From Octopus vulgaris (Eukaryota): DNA of 64,000 bases. Shown here one piece after another: positions 13,858-27,642 of the stretch. Where the stretch lies: assembly GCA_951406725.2 (NCBI GenBank), contig OX597832.1, positions 23,870,001-23,934,000 on the forward strand, given 5' to 3'. The notes below the pieces were generated by a model, which saw only the letters and a program-made list of their open reading frames with translations, did not search any database and was not told the origin of the DNA. Position 1 is the first letter of the stretch. Each line of letters opens with the position of its first letter. The position numbers and the translations under genes are program-made.

Positions 13858-14004
13858 CAGCAAACGAGAAAACAATCTTGTCTTGGGAAAGAAAGACACC
13901 TGTATTACAAGTAAATTCTTCTGTTGGAGGAAACAAAACCAGTACTGCAAGATAACGCATCGGTAAATTTTACTGTGAAAAACCACTGCAAATGTGACAA
14001 TGCC

Positions 14005-14426
14005 TTTTTTTTTTTTTTGCCCACAAGGGGCTAAAGAGCATAGAGGGGACAAACAAAGTGAGACAAACGGATTAAGTCAAATACATCGACCCCAGTGTGT
14101 AACTGGTACTTAATTCATCGACCCCGAAAGGATGAAAGGCAAAGTCGACCTCGACGGAATTTGAACTCAGAACGTAATAGCAGACGAAATACCTATTTCT
14201 TTACTACCCACAAGGGGCTAAACACAGAGGGGATAAACAAGGACAGACAAACGGATTAAGTCGATTATATCGACTCCAGTGCATAACTGGTACTTGTTTA
14301 ATCGACCCCGAAAGGATGAAAGGCAAAGTCGACCTCGGCGGAATTTTAACTCAGAACGTAGCGGCAGACGAAATACCGCTAAACATTTCGCCCATTGTGC
14401 TAACGTTTCTGCCAGCACGCCACCTT
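14005..14426 (-). mobile_element. tRNA-derived SINE family B with Nin-like domain, dimeric, TSD tgtgacaatgcc. Other loci about 3450-3716, 7115-7310, 10570-11388, 18847-19078, 24440-24973, 28430-28920, 34063-34275, 41388-42705, 45728-45945, 46760-47170, 47504-47710, 56160-56545, 56860-57066, 60365-60912, 62219-62925
   Basis: ctttcatcctttcggggtcgataaattaagtaccag resembles recalled Nin domain; TSD at 13993-14004 and 14427-14438. Confidence 0.85.
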
Positions 14427-16024
14427 TGTGACAATGCCATTCTATAAACCAAACACTCCCAACAACAAGCTAAGTGGACGTGGCCATCAGAGAAGTGGAG
14501 GGCATCACAGCAGACATAATGCAGGGTTGATACATGATAAATGGGGTTTTGAAGCTTATTCTCCAGCAAAGCTTTTCAATTTTTACTCATACATCATCAT
14601 CATCATCCTCGTTTAACGTCCGCTTTCCATGCTAGCATGGGTTGGACGATTTTGACTGAGGACTGGCGAACCAGATGGCTGCACCAGGCCCCAATCTTGA
14701 TCTGGCAGAGTTTCTACAGCTGGATGCCCTTCCTAACGCCAACCACTCCAAAAGTGTAGTGGGTGCTTTTCATGTGCCACCATCACGGGGGCCAGTCAGG
14801 CGGTACTGGCAATGACCTCGCTCGAATCTTTTTACACATGCCACCAGCACAGGTGCCAGTAAGGCGATGTTGGTAACGATCACGCTCGAATGGTGCCCTT
14901 TTATGTGCCACCAGCACGGAAGCCAGTTGGCTGCTCTGGCAACGATCACGCTCGGATGGTGCTCTTGGCACCCTACTAGCACAGACACAAGTACCAGTAA
15001 GGCGACGCTGGTAATGATTACACTCGAATGGTGCCTTTTATGTGCCACTAATAATACATACATACACACACACACGAGTGTGTGGAAAACATCACAGAGT
15101 AAAGGTCATCTCCTGGTGATTCTAGTTTAGAAACAGCTTCAATTCTCAATGGAAGAGGTCCATGTAGTAGTAGACTAGATGGCATGCACTGTAACAGTGC
15201 AGCACTGCATCCACCATTTGTTGGTGATTCTCTGCTATTCCTGGCAGACAAACACTTTTGCACTGCTCCAGCGACAACCCTCGGGTCTATTTGGATAGCT
15301 GTTGCTGTTGAGGGTTTTAAAAGGGCAGCCAGGGTGTAAATCCTACCTCAGCTGTTTTTAGTCACCTTTTATGAGACACAGAGGAAATGTTGGGCCTATT
15401 CTTTCACATGCCAATTCCCAAATAGGTCCATGGAGATGGACAAACTCCACTATTGTCAACATGCTATAGAAAAATGACTTAAAGGTGTAGCCAATGACTC
15501 TTTAAGACACATGGAACATTTTATCATCATCATCGTTTAACGTCCACTTTTCATGCTAGCATGGGTTGGATGATTAAGTATATATAGTATCATCATCATT
15601 TAACGTCCGCTTTCCATGCTAGCATGGGTTGGACGATTTTGACTGAGGGTTGGCGAACCAGATGGCTGCACCAGGCTCCAATCTTGATCTGGCAGTGTTT
15701 CTACAGCTGGATGCCCTTCTTAACGCCAACCACTCCAATAGTGTAGTGGGTACTTTTTACATGCCACTGGCAAGGGGGGCCAGTCAGGCGGTACTGGCAA
15801 TGACCTCGCTCAAATCTTTTTACACATGCCACCGGCGTATACATTAGTATATATTTTCACACACATACACAGATGTATATACATACACTTCTGGACCATG
15901 TGATTTTGGGTCCAGTGTAGCAACACAATACCTTGTGTTGTTGTCTTCTGCTGTAGCCCCAGGTCAAGCAATGCCTTATAAGGAAATCAGATAATAAATA
16001 ATGGTTAGGTTACTTATGTCAATG

Positions 16025-16350
16025 AAAGCACATGGCTCACTGGTTAGAGTGTCAGGCTTACAATCATAAGATAGTGAGTTCAATTCCCAGACCGGGTTGT
16101 GTGTTGTGTTCTTGAGCAAGACACTTTATTTCACGTTGCTCCAGTTCACTCAGCTGTAGAAATTAGTTGCTATGTCACTGGTGCCAAACTGTATCGGCTC
16201 CTTTGCCTTTCCCTTGGATAACATCGGTGGTGTAGAGAGGGGAAGCTGGTATGTAGGGGCAACTGCTGGTCTTCCATAAACAACCTTGCTTGGACTTGTG
16301 CCTCAGCGGGTAACTTTCTAAGTGCTATCCCATGGTCATTCACATCACAG
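16025..16350 (+). mobile_element. Older tRNA-derived SINE; inverted relative at about 17445-17778
   Basis: tRNA-like head, cttgagcaagacactttatttcac body. Confidence 0.65.
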
Positions 16351-17226
16351 AATTCAACAACCCTTAATTTCTAATTGTTTCAATACACCATATCTATCGC
16401 ATTCACATACACCAAAGTAGCTACCACAGTGTTGCCCAACATGCTAAATTTACCAGCCATGACAACGAGGTCATTGTCATTTAATTGAGGTAATCTGTAA
16501 GAAGATTACATAGAAACGATCCTTCGGCTCATAAATCAGTCGTTACTGCAATAAATATGCCAAGATCACTGTGGCTCTGTTGTCTGAAACTAGTCAAAAG
16601 GTTAATGATTCTGTCAAAGAATTTGACAGATTCAATAATATCCATTTGTCTGTCAACAATATGCCTATTCCACCCACTCTTGTTCAGCTACCCACCCAGA
16701 AGTACTTGCACCAGTATTCCTCAATTACAAAGTGCCCAGGTGAGGCTGCCCCCCATCTTGTACATAAAACACATCTACATAATGCCACAAATAATTGGGG
16801 TGGGGTTAAACCATATCATCAAACATCCACTTTCCCATATTTGTACATGGGTCAAAAAGTAATTGAACAGATTTTCTAAAGCTGGATGTCCTTCCTGTTA
16901 CCAACCCTTGTTTCCAAGCAGAGTAATGTTCCCCTGTAGTCAGACATCCTTTCCCTGGAGGGCCAGAAACTAGTAACATCACATGTATAGCTGTGGTGAC
17001 CATTTATAACTACTGTTTGACATCAAGGAAAAGAGACACAAACACACACACACATACTTGTATACAGCCTGCTTCTTCCAGATCCCATCTACCAAATCCA
17101 CTCACAAGGCATTAGGCCAGCCCCTGGTTATAGAAGTCACTTGCCCATGGTGTCGTGCAGCAGGACTGAACCCAAAACCTCATGGCCGAGGAGCAAGCTT
17201 TTTAATCACGTAACCATTCCTGCACA

Positions 17227-17430
17227 AGACCGCGTGTGTACCATTGGCGATTTTTTCCTCTGTCTTCCCTTCCTTGGACCTTTCCTTTTTCTATGTTTCT
17301 GACGAAGAGCTCCGCTCGAAACATTAAATCCTCCTTCTTTCCTGAGGGTCCAATAATACTATACTTGTTCCAAGTCGTCGCGTTGTGTTTTCATGTTTGG
17401 ATTAACTATATATATATATATATATATATC
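17227..17430 (+). mobile_element. Penelope-like terminal-repeat element with hammerhead-like core CTGACGAAGAGCTCCGCTCGAAAC (17299-17322)
   Basis: Core motif seen; homologous to 43669-43812; (TA)n tail. Confidence 0.55.
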
Positions 17431-20400
17431 TATATTATACAAGGGTAAACAATCCCTATGGTCATGAATGACCATGGGATTGCAACTAGAAAGTTCCCTC
17501 TGAGGCAGAAGTCTGGGCAAGGTTGTTTATGGCAGATCGGCAGTTGCCCATGCATACTGGCCTCCCTTCCCCCACACCACCGATGTTAACCAAGGGAAGG
17601 GTAATGACCCATATAGCTTGGCATCAGTGACATCGCAACTCATTTCTGCAGATGAGCAAACAGGAGCAATGTGAAATAAAAGGATTTGGATCAAAAACAC
17701 AACACAGCCCAGTCCAGGAATCAAACTCACGACCTCATGATTGTGAGCCCATCACTAACCACTGAGCCATGTGCCTTCACATACAATCATAGATAACTTT
17801 TACTGGTTTCAGTCATTTGACTTCAGCCATGCTGGAGCACCGCCTTTTGTCGAGCAAATCGACACCAGGACTTATTCTATCGGTCTGTTTTGCCGAACCG
17901 CTAAGTTACGGGGACGTAAACACACCAGCATCAGTTGTCAAGCGATGTTGGTGGGGACAAACACAGACACACAAATATATACACGCACATATGTATATAT
18001 ATATATATATACATATATACGACGGGCTTCTTTCAGTTTTCCGTCTACCAAATCCACTCACAAGGCCTTGGTCGGCCCGAGGCTATAGCAGAAGACACTT
18101 GCCCAAGGTGCCACGCAGTGGGACTGAACCCGGAACCATGTGGTTCGTAAGCAAGCTACTTACCACACAGCCACTCCTACGCATATATATATATATATAC
18201 ATAATGCAACATTAGTTGTAGCAAGTGTAAAATTGCCAGAGAAAAAGTGTGTGTGTATGTGTGTGTATACATATATATACACACCTGTATTCATAGTGTT
18301 CATTCATTAAGCCATTAGTCTATGCCAACAAATATAGGTAAAACCGGTCCTTAGTTTGTGTATTTTGGCAATGTTTATTTTCTTCTTTTTCCATGCATGC
18401 ATTTATGCATGTGTGTACGTATGTTCAGGTGTGCGTACGTATGTTCAGGTGTGCGTGCGTGTGTGTGTGTGTGTACAAACATATGGTTTTATTTATAAAA
18501 ACAAAGCTTCATATTTTACAGAAATAGGTAATAAAATTAGAAGTGTGAAGTCCATGCCTCTCCCTAGTCTATTAGACTAGTAGTACTTGGCAAGCAAACT
18601 AAAAGGACAACAATTTCAAAATAGTATTTTTTTTTCACTAGGTATTTTCCTTTTATAGATTTCTTTTTCTGCTTTTTTGCTTTTTTTTTTTTGACACTTT
18701 AATAAAAGCTGTATATAAGGAACTTTATATTTTGATAAAGCAGCAAGCAGTCCCCATAAATAATATAATAAAGCATTGAAACTAACTCATACACATCAAT
18801 CATAATTATACTTCTGTTTCAGTTTCGATTTGTACACTGCTTAATACCTATTTCTTTATTACCCACAAGGGGCTAAACACAGAGAGGACAAACAAGGACA
18901 GACATAGGTATTAAGTTGATTACATCGACCCCAGTGTGTAACGGGTACTTAATTTATCAACACCGAAAGGGTGAAAGGCAAAGTCGACCTCGGCGAAATT
19001 TGAACTCACAATGTAACGGCAGACAAAATACCGCTAAGCATTTCACCCGGCGTGCTAACGCTTCTGCCAGCTCACCACCAACAATGGCAGAGTTTAGTGT
19101 TGTAAGACCAAACCCGACTTCCTACCCCATTTGTTTTACTGGAGTCATTTTTTTTCAGAGATAAAAGGTCAAGAGTAAAACTGACATCCTAGTCTGGACA
19201 ACAGGTTTGAAATGGTACGAGACGTGTCGGCACAGCTGTCTTGGCACTGCCTACTTGGCATCGCTGATTTTTGATGCTGACTTACTCAGAAGATATTCAA
19301 TTATCTTACGAGCGTGATCGTTGACAGAGCGGCAAACTGGCTTCCATGCCAGTGGCACATAAAAGGCACCATTCAAGTGATTGTTACCAGCTTCGCCTTA
19401 CTGGCACTTGTGCCCCGTGCTAGTAGCATGATCATTGCCAGAGCAGCTAACTGGCTTCCGTGCCAGTGGCACGTAGGAGGCACCATTCGAGCGGGATCGT
19501 TACCAGCATCACCTTACTGGCACCTGTGCCGTTGGCATGTGTGTAAAAAAAAAAAAATTCAAGCAAGGTTGTTGCCAGTACCGCCTGATTGGCCCCCGTG
19601 CCAGTGACACGTAAAAGCACCCACTACACTCTCAGAGTGGTTGGCATTAGGAAGGGCATCCAGCTGTAGAAACTGCCAGATCAAGACTGGAGCCTGGTGC
19701 AGGCATCTGGTTCGCCAGCCCTCAGTCAAATCGTCCCACACATGCTAGCATGGAAAGCAGACGTTAAACGATGATGATGATGTTGAAGTGAATATAATGG
19801 TTTTTGTGAGTTTTTAAATGGCTTATATACACCTTCTACACGCAGCAATTGTTTTTGTTTCAGCACACTAAACTTATTAATTTTAGTTCTTGCTTAATGC
19901 TAGACAAACCTGTTACTTTTCATAGTTTTCCCTGTGGGGCTTCATCTGTCACAAAAACTTTTTAAAAAATGGACAAACCATATAGGCGCAGGAGTGAGTG
20001 TGTGGTAAGCAGCTTGCTTACCAACCACATGGTTCCGGGTTCAGTCCCACTGCGTGGCACCTTGGGCTGACCAAAGCCTTGTGAGTGGTTTTGGTAGACA
20101 GAAACTGAAAGAAGCCCGTCGTATATATGTATATGTGTGTGTGTGTGTGTGTTTGTCCCCCAAGCATTGCTTGACAACCTATGGTGTGTTTACGTCCCCG
20201 TAACTTAGCGGTTTGGCAAAAGAGACCGATAGAATAAGTACTGGGCTTACAAAGAATAAGTCCCGGGGTCAAGTTGCTCGACTAAAGGCGGTGCTCCAGC
20301 ATGGCCGCAGTCAACTGACTGCAACAAGTAAAAGAGTAAAGAGTATATACTTTACCACCTACAGTGGTATCATTTACCTTTCATTTGTTCCACTCATTGG

Positions 20401-20648
20401 ACTGCGGCCATGCTGGAGCACTGCCTTAAAGAGTTTAAAACAAACAAAAAAAATCCACCACCCCCAAGGCCATATTTTCAAGTCCGGTATTTTCTCTGTT
20501 GGTATCTTGCCAAACTGCTAAGTTACGGAGACGTAAACAAACCAAAACTAATTGTCAAGCAACGGTGGGAAACAAACAAACAAACAAACACACACACACA
20601 CACACACTATAACGTTTGTTTTTAGGTTCAGTTATAAGAACTATTTTA

Positions 20649-21055
20649 GGATCTTTTCAGTTTGAACGGCAGTTTTTTAAAATAATTTCCACGTAACGAA
20701 ACACTTTTAAACTTCGTATACTGGTAGAATGTGTTTATAAAACATCTTTCTCTCTTGGCTTTGAGAAAATTCTATAGTTTGTAAGATATTTGTTGTTTTT
20801 TTTCTTCAATTTCTGCAATTTCAACAAATCAATGACGTCTATTGAGGTAAAAAAAAAACATTCTGTGCCATATGAATATGTCCCTCGTTTAAGAAAGAGA
20901 TTAGGTTTATTTACATTTCTGAAGAAAAAAAGATACCCTTCCCCCTAACTCTAAAACAGATTGAAATGCAATAGATCGATTCTAGGGTCATAATTATGGG
21001 TGACAATTTCATATGACACCGCTAGAAAAAACTGCCGTTCAAACCGAAAAGATCC
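20649..21055. mobile_element. Non-autonomous DNA transposon, ~30-bp TIRs starting GGATCTTTTC, 8-bp TSD ctatttta (Merlin- or MULE-like)
   Basis: TSD at 20641-20648 and 21056-21063; TIRs read directly. Confidence 0.85.
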
Positions 21056-21385
21056 CTATTTTACAATAATCTGATGGGTTGGTTACTCTATAATTTTGTA
21101 GAGTACAAATTTATTATTCTTATCCAAGAATGTAGTTGACAGTGACTCCGAAGTTACAGCCAGCTAAGCAGTCATCCAATGATGGCTTAATTAGCCCAAA
21201 CATTTATACACACACACATAGGCGCAGGAGTGGCTGTGTGGTAAGTAGCTTGCTAACCAACCACATGGTTGCGGGTTCAGTCCCACTGCGAGGCATCTTG
21301 GGCAAGTGTCTTCTGCTATAGCCCCGGGCCGACCAATGCCTTATGAGTGGATTTGGTAGACGGAAACTGAAAGAAGCCTGTCGTA

Positions 21386-21442
<57 letters not shown>

Positions 21443-23476
21443 TTGTGTGTCTGTGTTTGTCCCCCTAGCATTGCTTGACAACCGATGCTGGTGTGTCTAC
21501 GTCCCCGCCACTTAGCGGTTCGGCAAAAGAGACCGATAGAATAAGTACTGGGCTTACAAAGAATAAGTTCCGGGGTCGATTTGATCGACTAAAGGCGGTG
21601 CTCCAGCATGGCCGCAGTCAAATGACTGAAACAAGTAAAGAAAGAGTATATATATATACGTGTGTGTACGCGGAAGGCTTTGAAACAATTTCCATCAGCC
21701 AAATTCACTTAAAAATCATTGGGCAACCAGGTGCTATAGAAGACACGCCCAAGGTGTTGCATGGTGGGATTGAACCTGTAGCACCGTTATAGTAAAGCAA
21801 CCTTCTTCAGGACACTGCCATGTCTGCGCCAATATCCTGTTGTTGCTTTTTTGAGGGGGGGGGGGGTTGTCAATCCTACGAAAAGCACTCAAATTTACAA
21901 CACTATGAACTGAAATCAACCTGTAAACAAAAACACTTATGTGGTCTGTCGACCTGCTAAAAACAATAGCCAAATTATTTTTGGTAACAATGAAAACAAA
22001 AAAAACAGACACTGTAGTCTTTAGATGTAACAAAAAACACACTATTTTATAACTGGAACATTCAACCATAGAATTGAACGTTCACAAAGACAAGAAGAAA
22101 AAAAAATATAGGATAAATTTACGAGGCCATGAAAGTAGGCCACTTGAAAAGAGTTGAGAGGATATTAATAAATGCTTAAAACCATTCAACCGGAACTTGT
22201 CAAATGGAAATGCGTGTTTTCGCCACGAGAGAAGTTTAAACGATAAAAAAAAAACATGTAACGATGTCAACAACCAAAACAAACTCGGTTACAACACTAC
22301 AAATATTAGAGTGACTATGATTGGACCAGGGGGAGAAAAACGAAGGGGTGGCAGTAGATGGAATCGATCCCAGTACTTGTTGATTGGGATTTTTAAATTT
22401 TTAATTTTTATTTTTTTTCTAAGCGCTTGCACGGCTCTGTGACAAGAAGTTCGTTTTCCAGCCATATGGTTCCGGGTTGAAGTCCCACCTTCTACTAATA
22501 GGCTCGGGCCCACGTAAGCCTTGCCAGTGGATTAGGGCAGACGGAAAGAAACCAGTCGTGTATGTGCGTGCGTATGTTTGACCCCACTACCGCTTGACAA
22601 CCGGTGTTGATCTATTTACGTTCACCTAACTTAACGGTTGGGGCAGAGTGACCGATAGAATAAGGGACCAGGCTTTAAAACAAAAATACTGGGATCGATT
22701 CATTCGACTAAAATTCCTCAATACGGTGCCCCAGCATGGCCGCAGTCTGATGACTGAAACGACCAAGATAATACAGATAAAAGGTCCCGGAAAGATAGGG
22801 GAAAGTCGCCCCTCGGTGGGAATGTGAACACAAAGCGTAAAGAGCAAGGCCCAAACACCACAAGACGATTTTGTCTGGCGCTCCACCGATTCCGACATCC
22901 AAAAAGAAAAAAAAAAGTTACTTAGAGTCACAAGACTTCCACATTTATAGGAAAATAATCATTGTGAACTCACGAGATCCTTGATATATTACAGGTGTTT
23001 ATTTGAAGGGCTCCAGAAAGGTGCAAGTCAAAAGGAAACTCTGGAAGGATTTGAACTCGGATCGTTAAAAGGGACAACGATAATTTATAACGTTGCCACA
23101 TATTTGGAAGAAGTAAGGAAGGGTGGGGACAGTCAGTTAAAAAAAAAGTTTACGAGTGGAACCAACACCAATAGGTTACTGGTACTTGGCACCCGTCTTT
23201 AAATCCCATCAAATACAATTTCATATGATTTTTAAAAAAATTTTTGTATTGTATTCTAAGACGAGAACCCTACTACTAATTTAGTCGCCGCCCTTGGCCG
23301 AGATTCGAACCGAAAACGTAGAGGGAGTATGAAACTAAGTCGCTCCATACACGACATCTACTTCTGACTTTGTATAAACACTCTGAATTTAATAGAATAG
23401 TAATTATTTGAACTGTGTGACTGAGGTACGTGGTGTTAAAAACACAAGAAATAGTTATGATACTAAGTTGAAAATG

Positions 23477-23529
<53 letters not shown>

Positions 23530-25880
23530 GATCGCAGAGTCACTTCAAGAACACTTTGCCACCCTCGATATAATTGCTTCTGCTGCTACTACTACTACCA
23601 TCACTATCACAACAGATTCATCGATTATAGAGGAAAAATTTCAATTGAAACTCAAAAACGAGTGACCGACTGCAAATATGAATGCCAAACCCCACAAACG
23701 TATAATTCCTCTGCCCCCACATATATTACAGAGATTAACCCACCCACCCCGAAATGCCAGTAGAAAGGACCAAAAACTCCCTGTGAAAGGAACGTATCAA
23801 AGAGCATGGAAAACAACACCCAGTTATTGGAACCACTCTCAGGGAAGCCTCTATGTGGTCGCCAGAACTGCTAGCAATAGTAGTCACTACCGATAATACA
23901 ATAATCCATAATATTTCCCAAAAGTCAAGAGGGTCACGGCAGGAATACCTACCTCTGTTCATAGATCTGCTCAGTCAGTAGGTTTCGAAAAAAAAATAAT
24001 AAATTAAATTAAAAATAGGTAGAGTTTTATTATGTATAGTGACACGAGGCTGTGACTCGATCCCGAGCACGCTGTTTTACTTGAAGATTTCGTTGAAGTT
24101 GTCAAGTCAATGCCAGCGGGGTTTCGAGATCGCGTCAGTGTCGCCACTACGATACGAATTAAAAGGCCACACATTTTTTCTTTTAAACAGGAAATACTTG
24201 CTACAAAAACACCATTACTGCTTGGCACTACACCAATATCTCAAGGCTGTTACACATCCCTTATACTTCACCTATTTTTTTCTATTTATTCAAATAAAAC
24301 AAACATTTCCATTTAATGCTAAAATTACTCTAATCAACCATAAAGCAAAATAATAATAATAATCATCATAATAATCATAATAATAAAATCTCTGAGCGAC
24401 AAAGTTTATTTGTTATATTTTCATTTATGATAATATATATTTCTTTACTACCCACAAGGGGCTAAACACAGAGAGGACAAACAAGGGACAGACATAGGTA
24501 TTAAGTCGATTACATCGACCCCAGTGCGTAACTGGTACTTATTTAATCGACCCCGAAAGGATAAAGGGCAAAGTCGACCTCGGCGGAATTTGAACTCAGA
24601 ACGTAAAGACAGACGAAATACCTATTTCTATTCTTTTACTACCCACAAGGGGCTAAACATAGAGGGGACAAATAAAGGGATTAAGTCGATTACATCGACC
24701 CCAGTGCGTAACTGGTACTTATTTAATCGACCCCCGAAAGGATGAAAGGCAAAGTCGACCTCGGCGGAATTTGAACTCAGAACGTAAAGACAGACGAAAT
24801 ACCTATTTCTATTTCTTTACTACCCACAAGGGGCTAAACACAGAGGGGACAAACAAGGACAGGCAAAGGGATTAAGTCGATTACATCGACCCCAGTGCGT
24901 AACTGGTGCTTATTTAATCGACCCCAAAAGGACAAAAGGCAAAGTCGACCTCGACGGAATTTGAACTCAGAACATTTATGATAATATAGCAGCGGTGGAC
25001 GAAAAATAATACGTTTCAATATTGTTTGTTTGTTTATACCATCTTCCTTCATTTTTTTAATATTAGAATAATATTACATAAACAGAAAAAAAAAGTAAAT
25101 ATATATAACTAAAAGGTTAATAAATTTTTACTCTCTCGTTTGTTGCTGTTGTTTTAATTATCGAAGGAAGAACAAGAGGAAAATTGATAGGTTTATCTTT
25201 ATTAATTCGATCCATCAGTCAGTGTTTTTAGTATAGAAACTTGGTCGACGTTGATTTCGTCTTTGATTCTGTCTGTCAGAATGAACCAGTAATGCAGTCT
25301 ACTACAGCTGTTTGCAGTTCATTCATAAACAACTGTGTTTAATAGCCGAAAGAAACCATTATTTTTGACAAACAGTCATATATGTGTGTGTACGTGTGTA
25401 TATAACGTGTATACATACGTGTATGTGTACACATATTGCAGAACGGAAGCTTTGAAAATAAGGAAAACTCCAGAAATATGATGATGATGGCCATAACAGT
25501 ATAGGAGATGTAAAAATAGGTGTTGTTTGTTTCTAATGAATGAATGGAGAGATAGATAAATGAAATAGATGGTCGAATAGGAAGAAAGGGTGGTTAATAA
25601 GAAAAAGGGGGTGGAAAAAGTGAGAGGGGAAGGAATAAAATCGAGATAAATTAGCCGAAGAGAAAGTAAAATTAAAGCAATAGGGTTGTTATTCATGGCT
25701 TGAAGCGAACCGTGACTATGGCACATTTGGCTCGAAATAAAAAGAAAAATAAGACGAATGGCATAAAAGGGAAGACATGTCATTGTAAGGTAACCATTTA
25801 GGATGTGACTAAGAACAGCTGAGTTCGTGTGAGAGGAAGGGAAACAACAATAATAATAATAATAAAATAGAGATACCCAC

Positions 25881-25895
25881 CTCCATCGAAGCCAT
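25881..25895 (-). CDS. Probable 5-codon first coding exon (MASME) of an unidentified gene running leftwards
   Basis: caagATGGCTTCGATGGAG|gtgggt in a repeat-free, CpG-containing block. Confidence 0.45.
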
Positions 25896-26205
25896 CTTGA
25901 ACGGCCAAAAAGTAAACGATACACGCACGACGGCAAATGCGTATATATCTGGGTGTTAGTTGAACCTGTTTGAAACTCGGGCAATATCACACGGCTTTAT
26001 GCTCTTCGATGGGGCTGTAAAAACTTTAAGGTCGGACGTAAATTGCGGAAACCTTCTCTCAGATGTTTTCCTTCTTACGAAACTAAAAATCACAAGCAGC
26101 TTTCTGGGTTTTTCGTCTCCCCCTGCTCCTTCGCCTTATTTGCTATTTAAAGATTATAAGACGCAACCAGGGGACACAACTCCCGTCACGAATGACGTCC
26201 CTTAG
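25896..26205 (-). promoter_or_regulatory. Putative promoter/5' UTR of the MASME gene
   Basis: Locally CpG-rich; YY1-like AAGATGGC at the ATG; CRE-like TGACGTC near 26193; ETS-like CGGAA. Confidence 0.4.
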
Positions 26206-26221
26206 TTTTATTTTTTAAAGA

Positions 26222-26371
26222 GTGATAATGATGATGATGATGATGATAATAATTATTATTATTATTATCATAATAACAATATTAATAATAATAATGATGA
26301 TAATAATAATAATGAAAATAATAATAATGATAATGAAAATAATAATAATGATAATGATAATGAAAATAATG

Positions 26372-26437
<66 letters not shown>

Positions 26438-26572
26438 GTAATAATAATAATGATAATAATTATAATAACAATAATAATAATAATGATGATAATAATGATA
26501 ATGAAAATAATAATAATAATAATGATGATAATAATGATAATGAAAATAATAATGATAATGATAATGAAAATA

Positions 26573-26616
<44 letters not shown>

Positions 26617-26617
26617 A
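26222..26617. repeat. (AAT)n/(GAT)n microsatellite
   Basis: Read directly. Confidence 0.97.
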
Positions 26618-26856
26618 TTGGCTAAACTGGAAAAATGACCATTCCTAAATACAACAATATCTGTTTCAACAGACGATTTCACATCAAAAATCAAGGCGCA
26701 GGAGTGGCTGTGTGGTAAGTAGCTTGCTTGCCAGCCACATGGTTCCGGGTTCAGTCCCACTGCGTGGCATCTTGGGCAAGTGTCTTCTGCTATAGCCTCG
26801 GGCCCACCAATGCCTTGTGAGTGGATTTGGTAGACGGAAACTGAAAGCAGCCTGTC

Positions 26857-26944
<88 letters not shown>

Positions 26945-27140
26945 ATGTTTGTGTGTCTGTGTTTGTCCCCCTAGCATTGCTTGACAACCGATGCTGGTGT
27001 GTTTATGTCCCTGTCACTTAGCGGTTCGGCAAGAGACCTATAGAATAAGTACTGGGCTTACAAAGAATAAGTCCCGGGGTTGATTTGCTCGACTAAAGGC
27101 GGTGCTCCAGCATGGCCACAGAAACAAATAAAAGAGAATA

Positions 27141-27175
<35 letters not shown>

Positions 27176-27588
27176 AGTACTAGGCAGTGGCTCTCATGGT
27201 TTCTGATCTTAACTGATTGGAAGTGTTATCATGTACATTGTTTTGTCTTGGTATAAAAGATGGGTTTTACAGCAAATATTCTGCTCAATACCTCAGATTT
27301 GCTTGTCAGTTGTTTGATCGTAACCAGTTGACCATGTCCCTTAGTGGCTGACAATATGTGCATCTCTGATCACGAGCAGAAGTAGTTGGGGAGCATCATA
27401 GCCATGTGTTGAGAGGGATTCTTTGGGGTTTGAATAGTTCACCTCTGGAAACATGGGTTTTTCGTTCAACGTCCTTAAACAACCTTTATTCGGTGACCTT
27501 TTGAGCAGGATGGGTTACTCAACAAGAAGAAAATTCTAACTAGGCCCCACCTGCAAGGTCATGTGCTGTTTATCTTGATTTGAGATCA

Positions 27589-27642
<54 letters not shown>

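Noticed and set aside
16557-16879. Two ~100-aa plus-strand ORFs
   Set aside because: No recognisable domain or convincing splice sites
19308-19620. Periodic gtgccagtggcacgtaaaa repeats with variable inter-repeat sequence
   Set aside because: Internal repeats of the family D retroposon, present in the same form at many loci
27180-27590. Complex-looking block between microsatellites
   Set aside because: No clean frame found; probably an interspersed repeat fragment that I cannot classify
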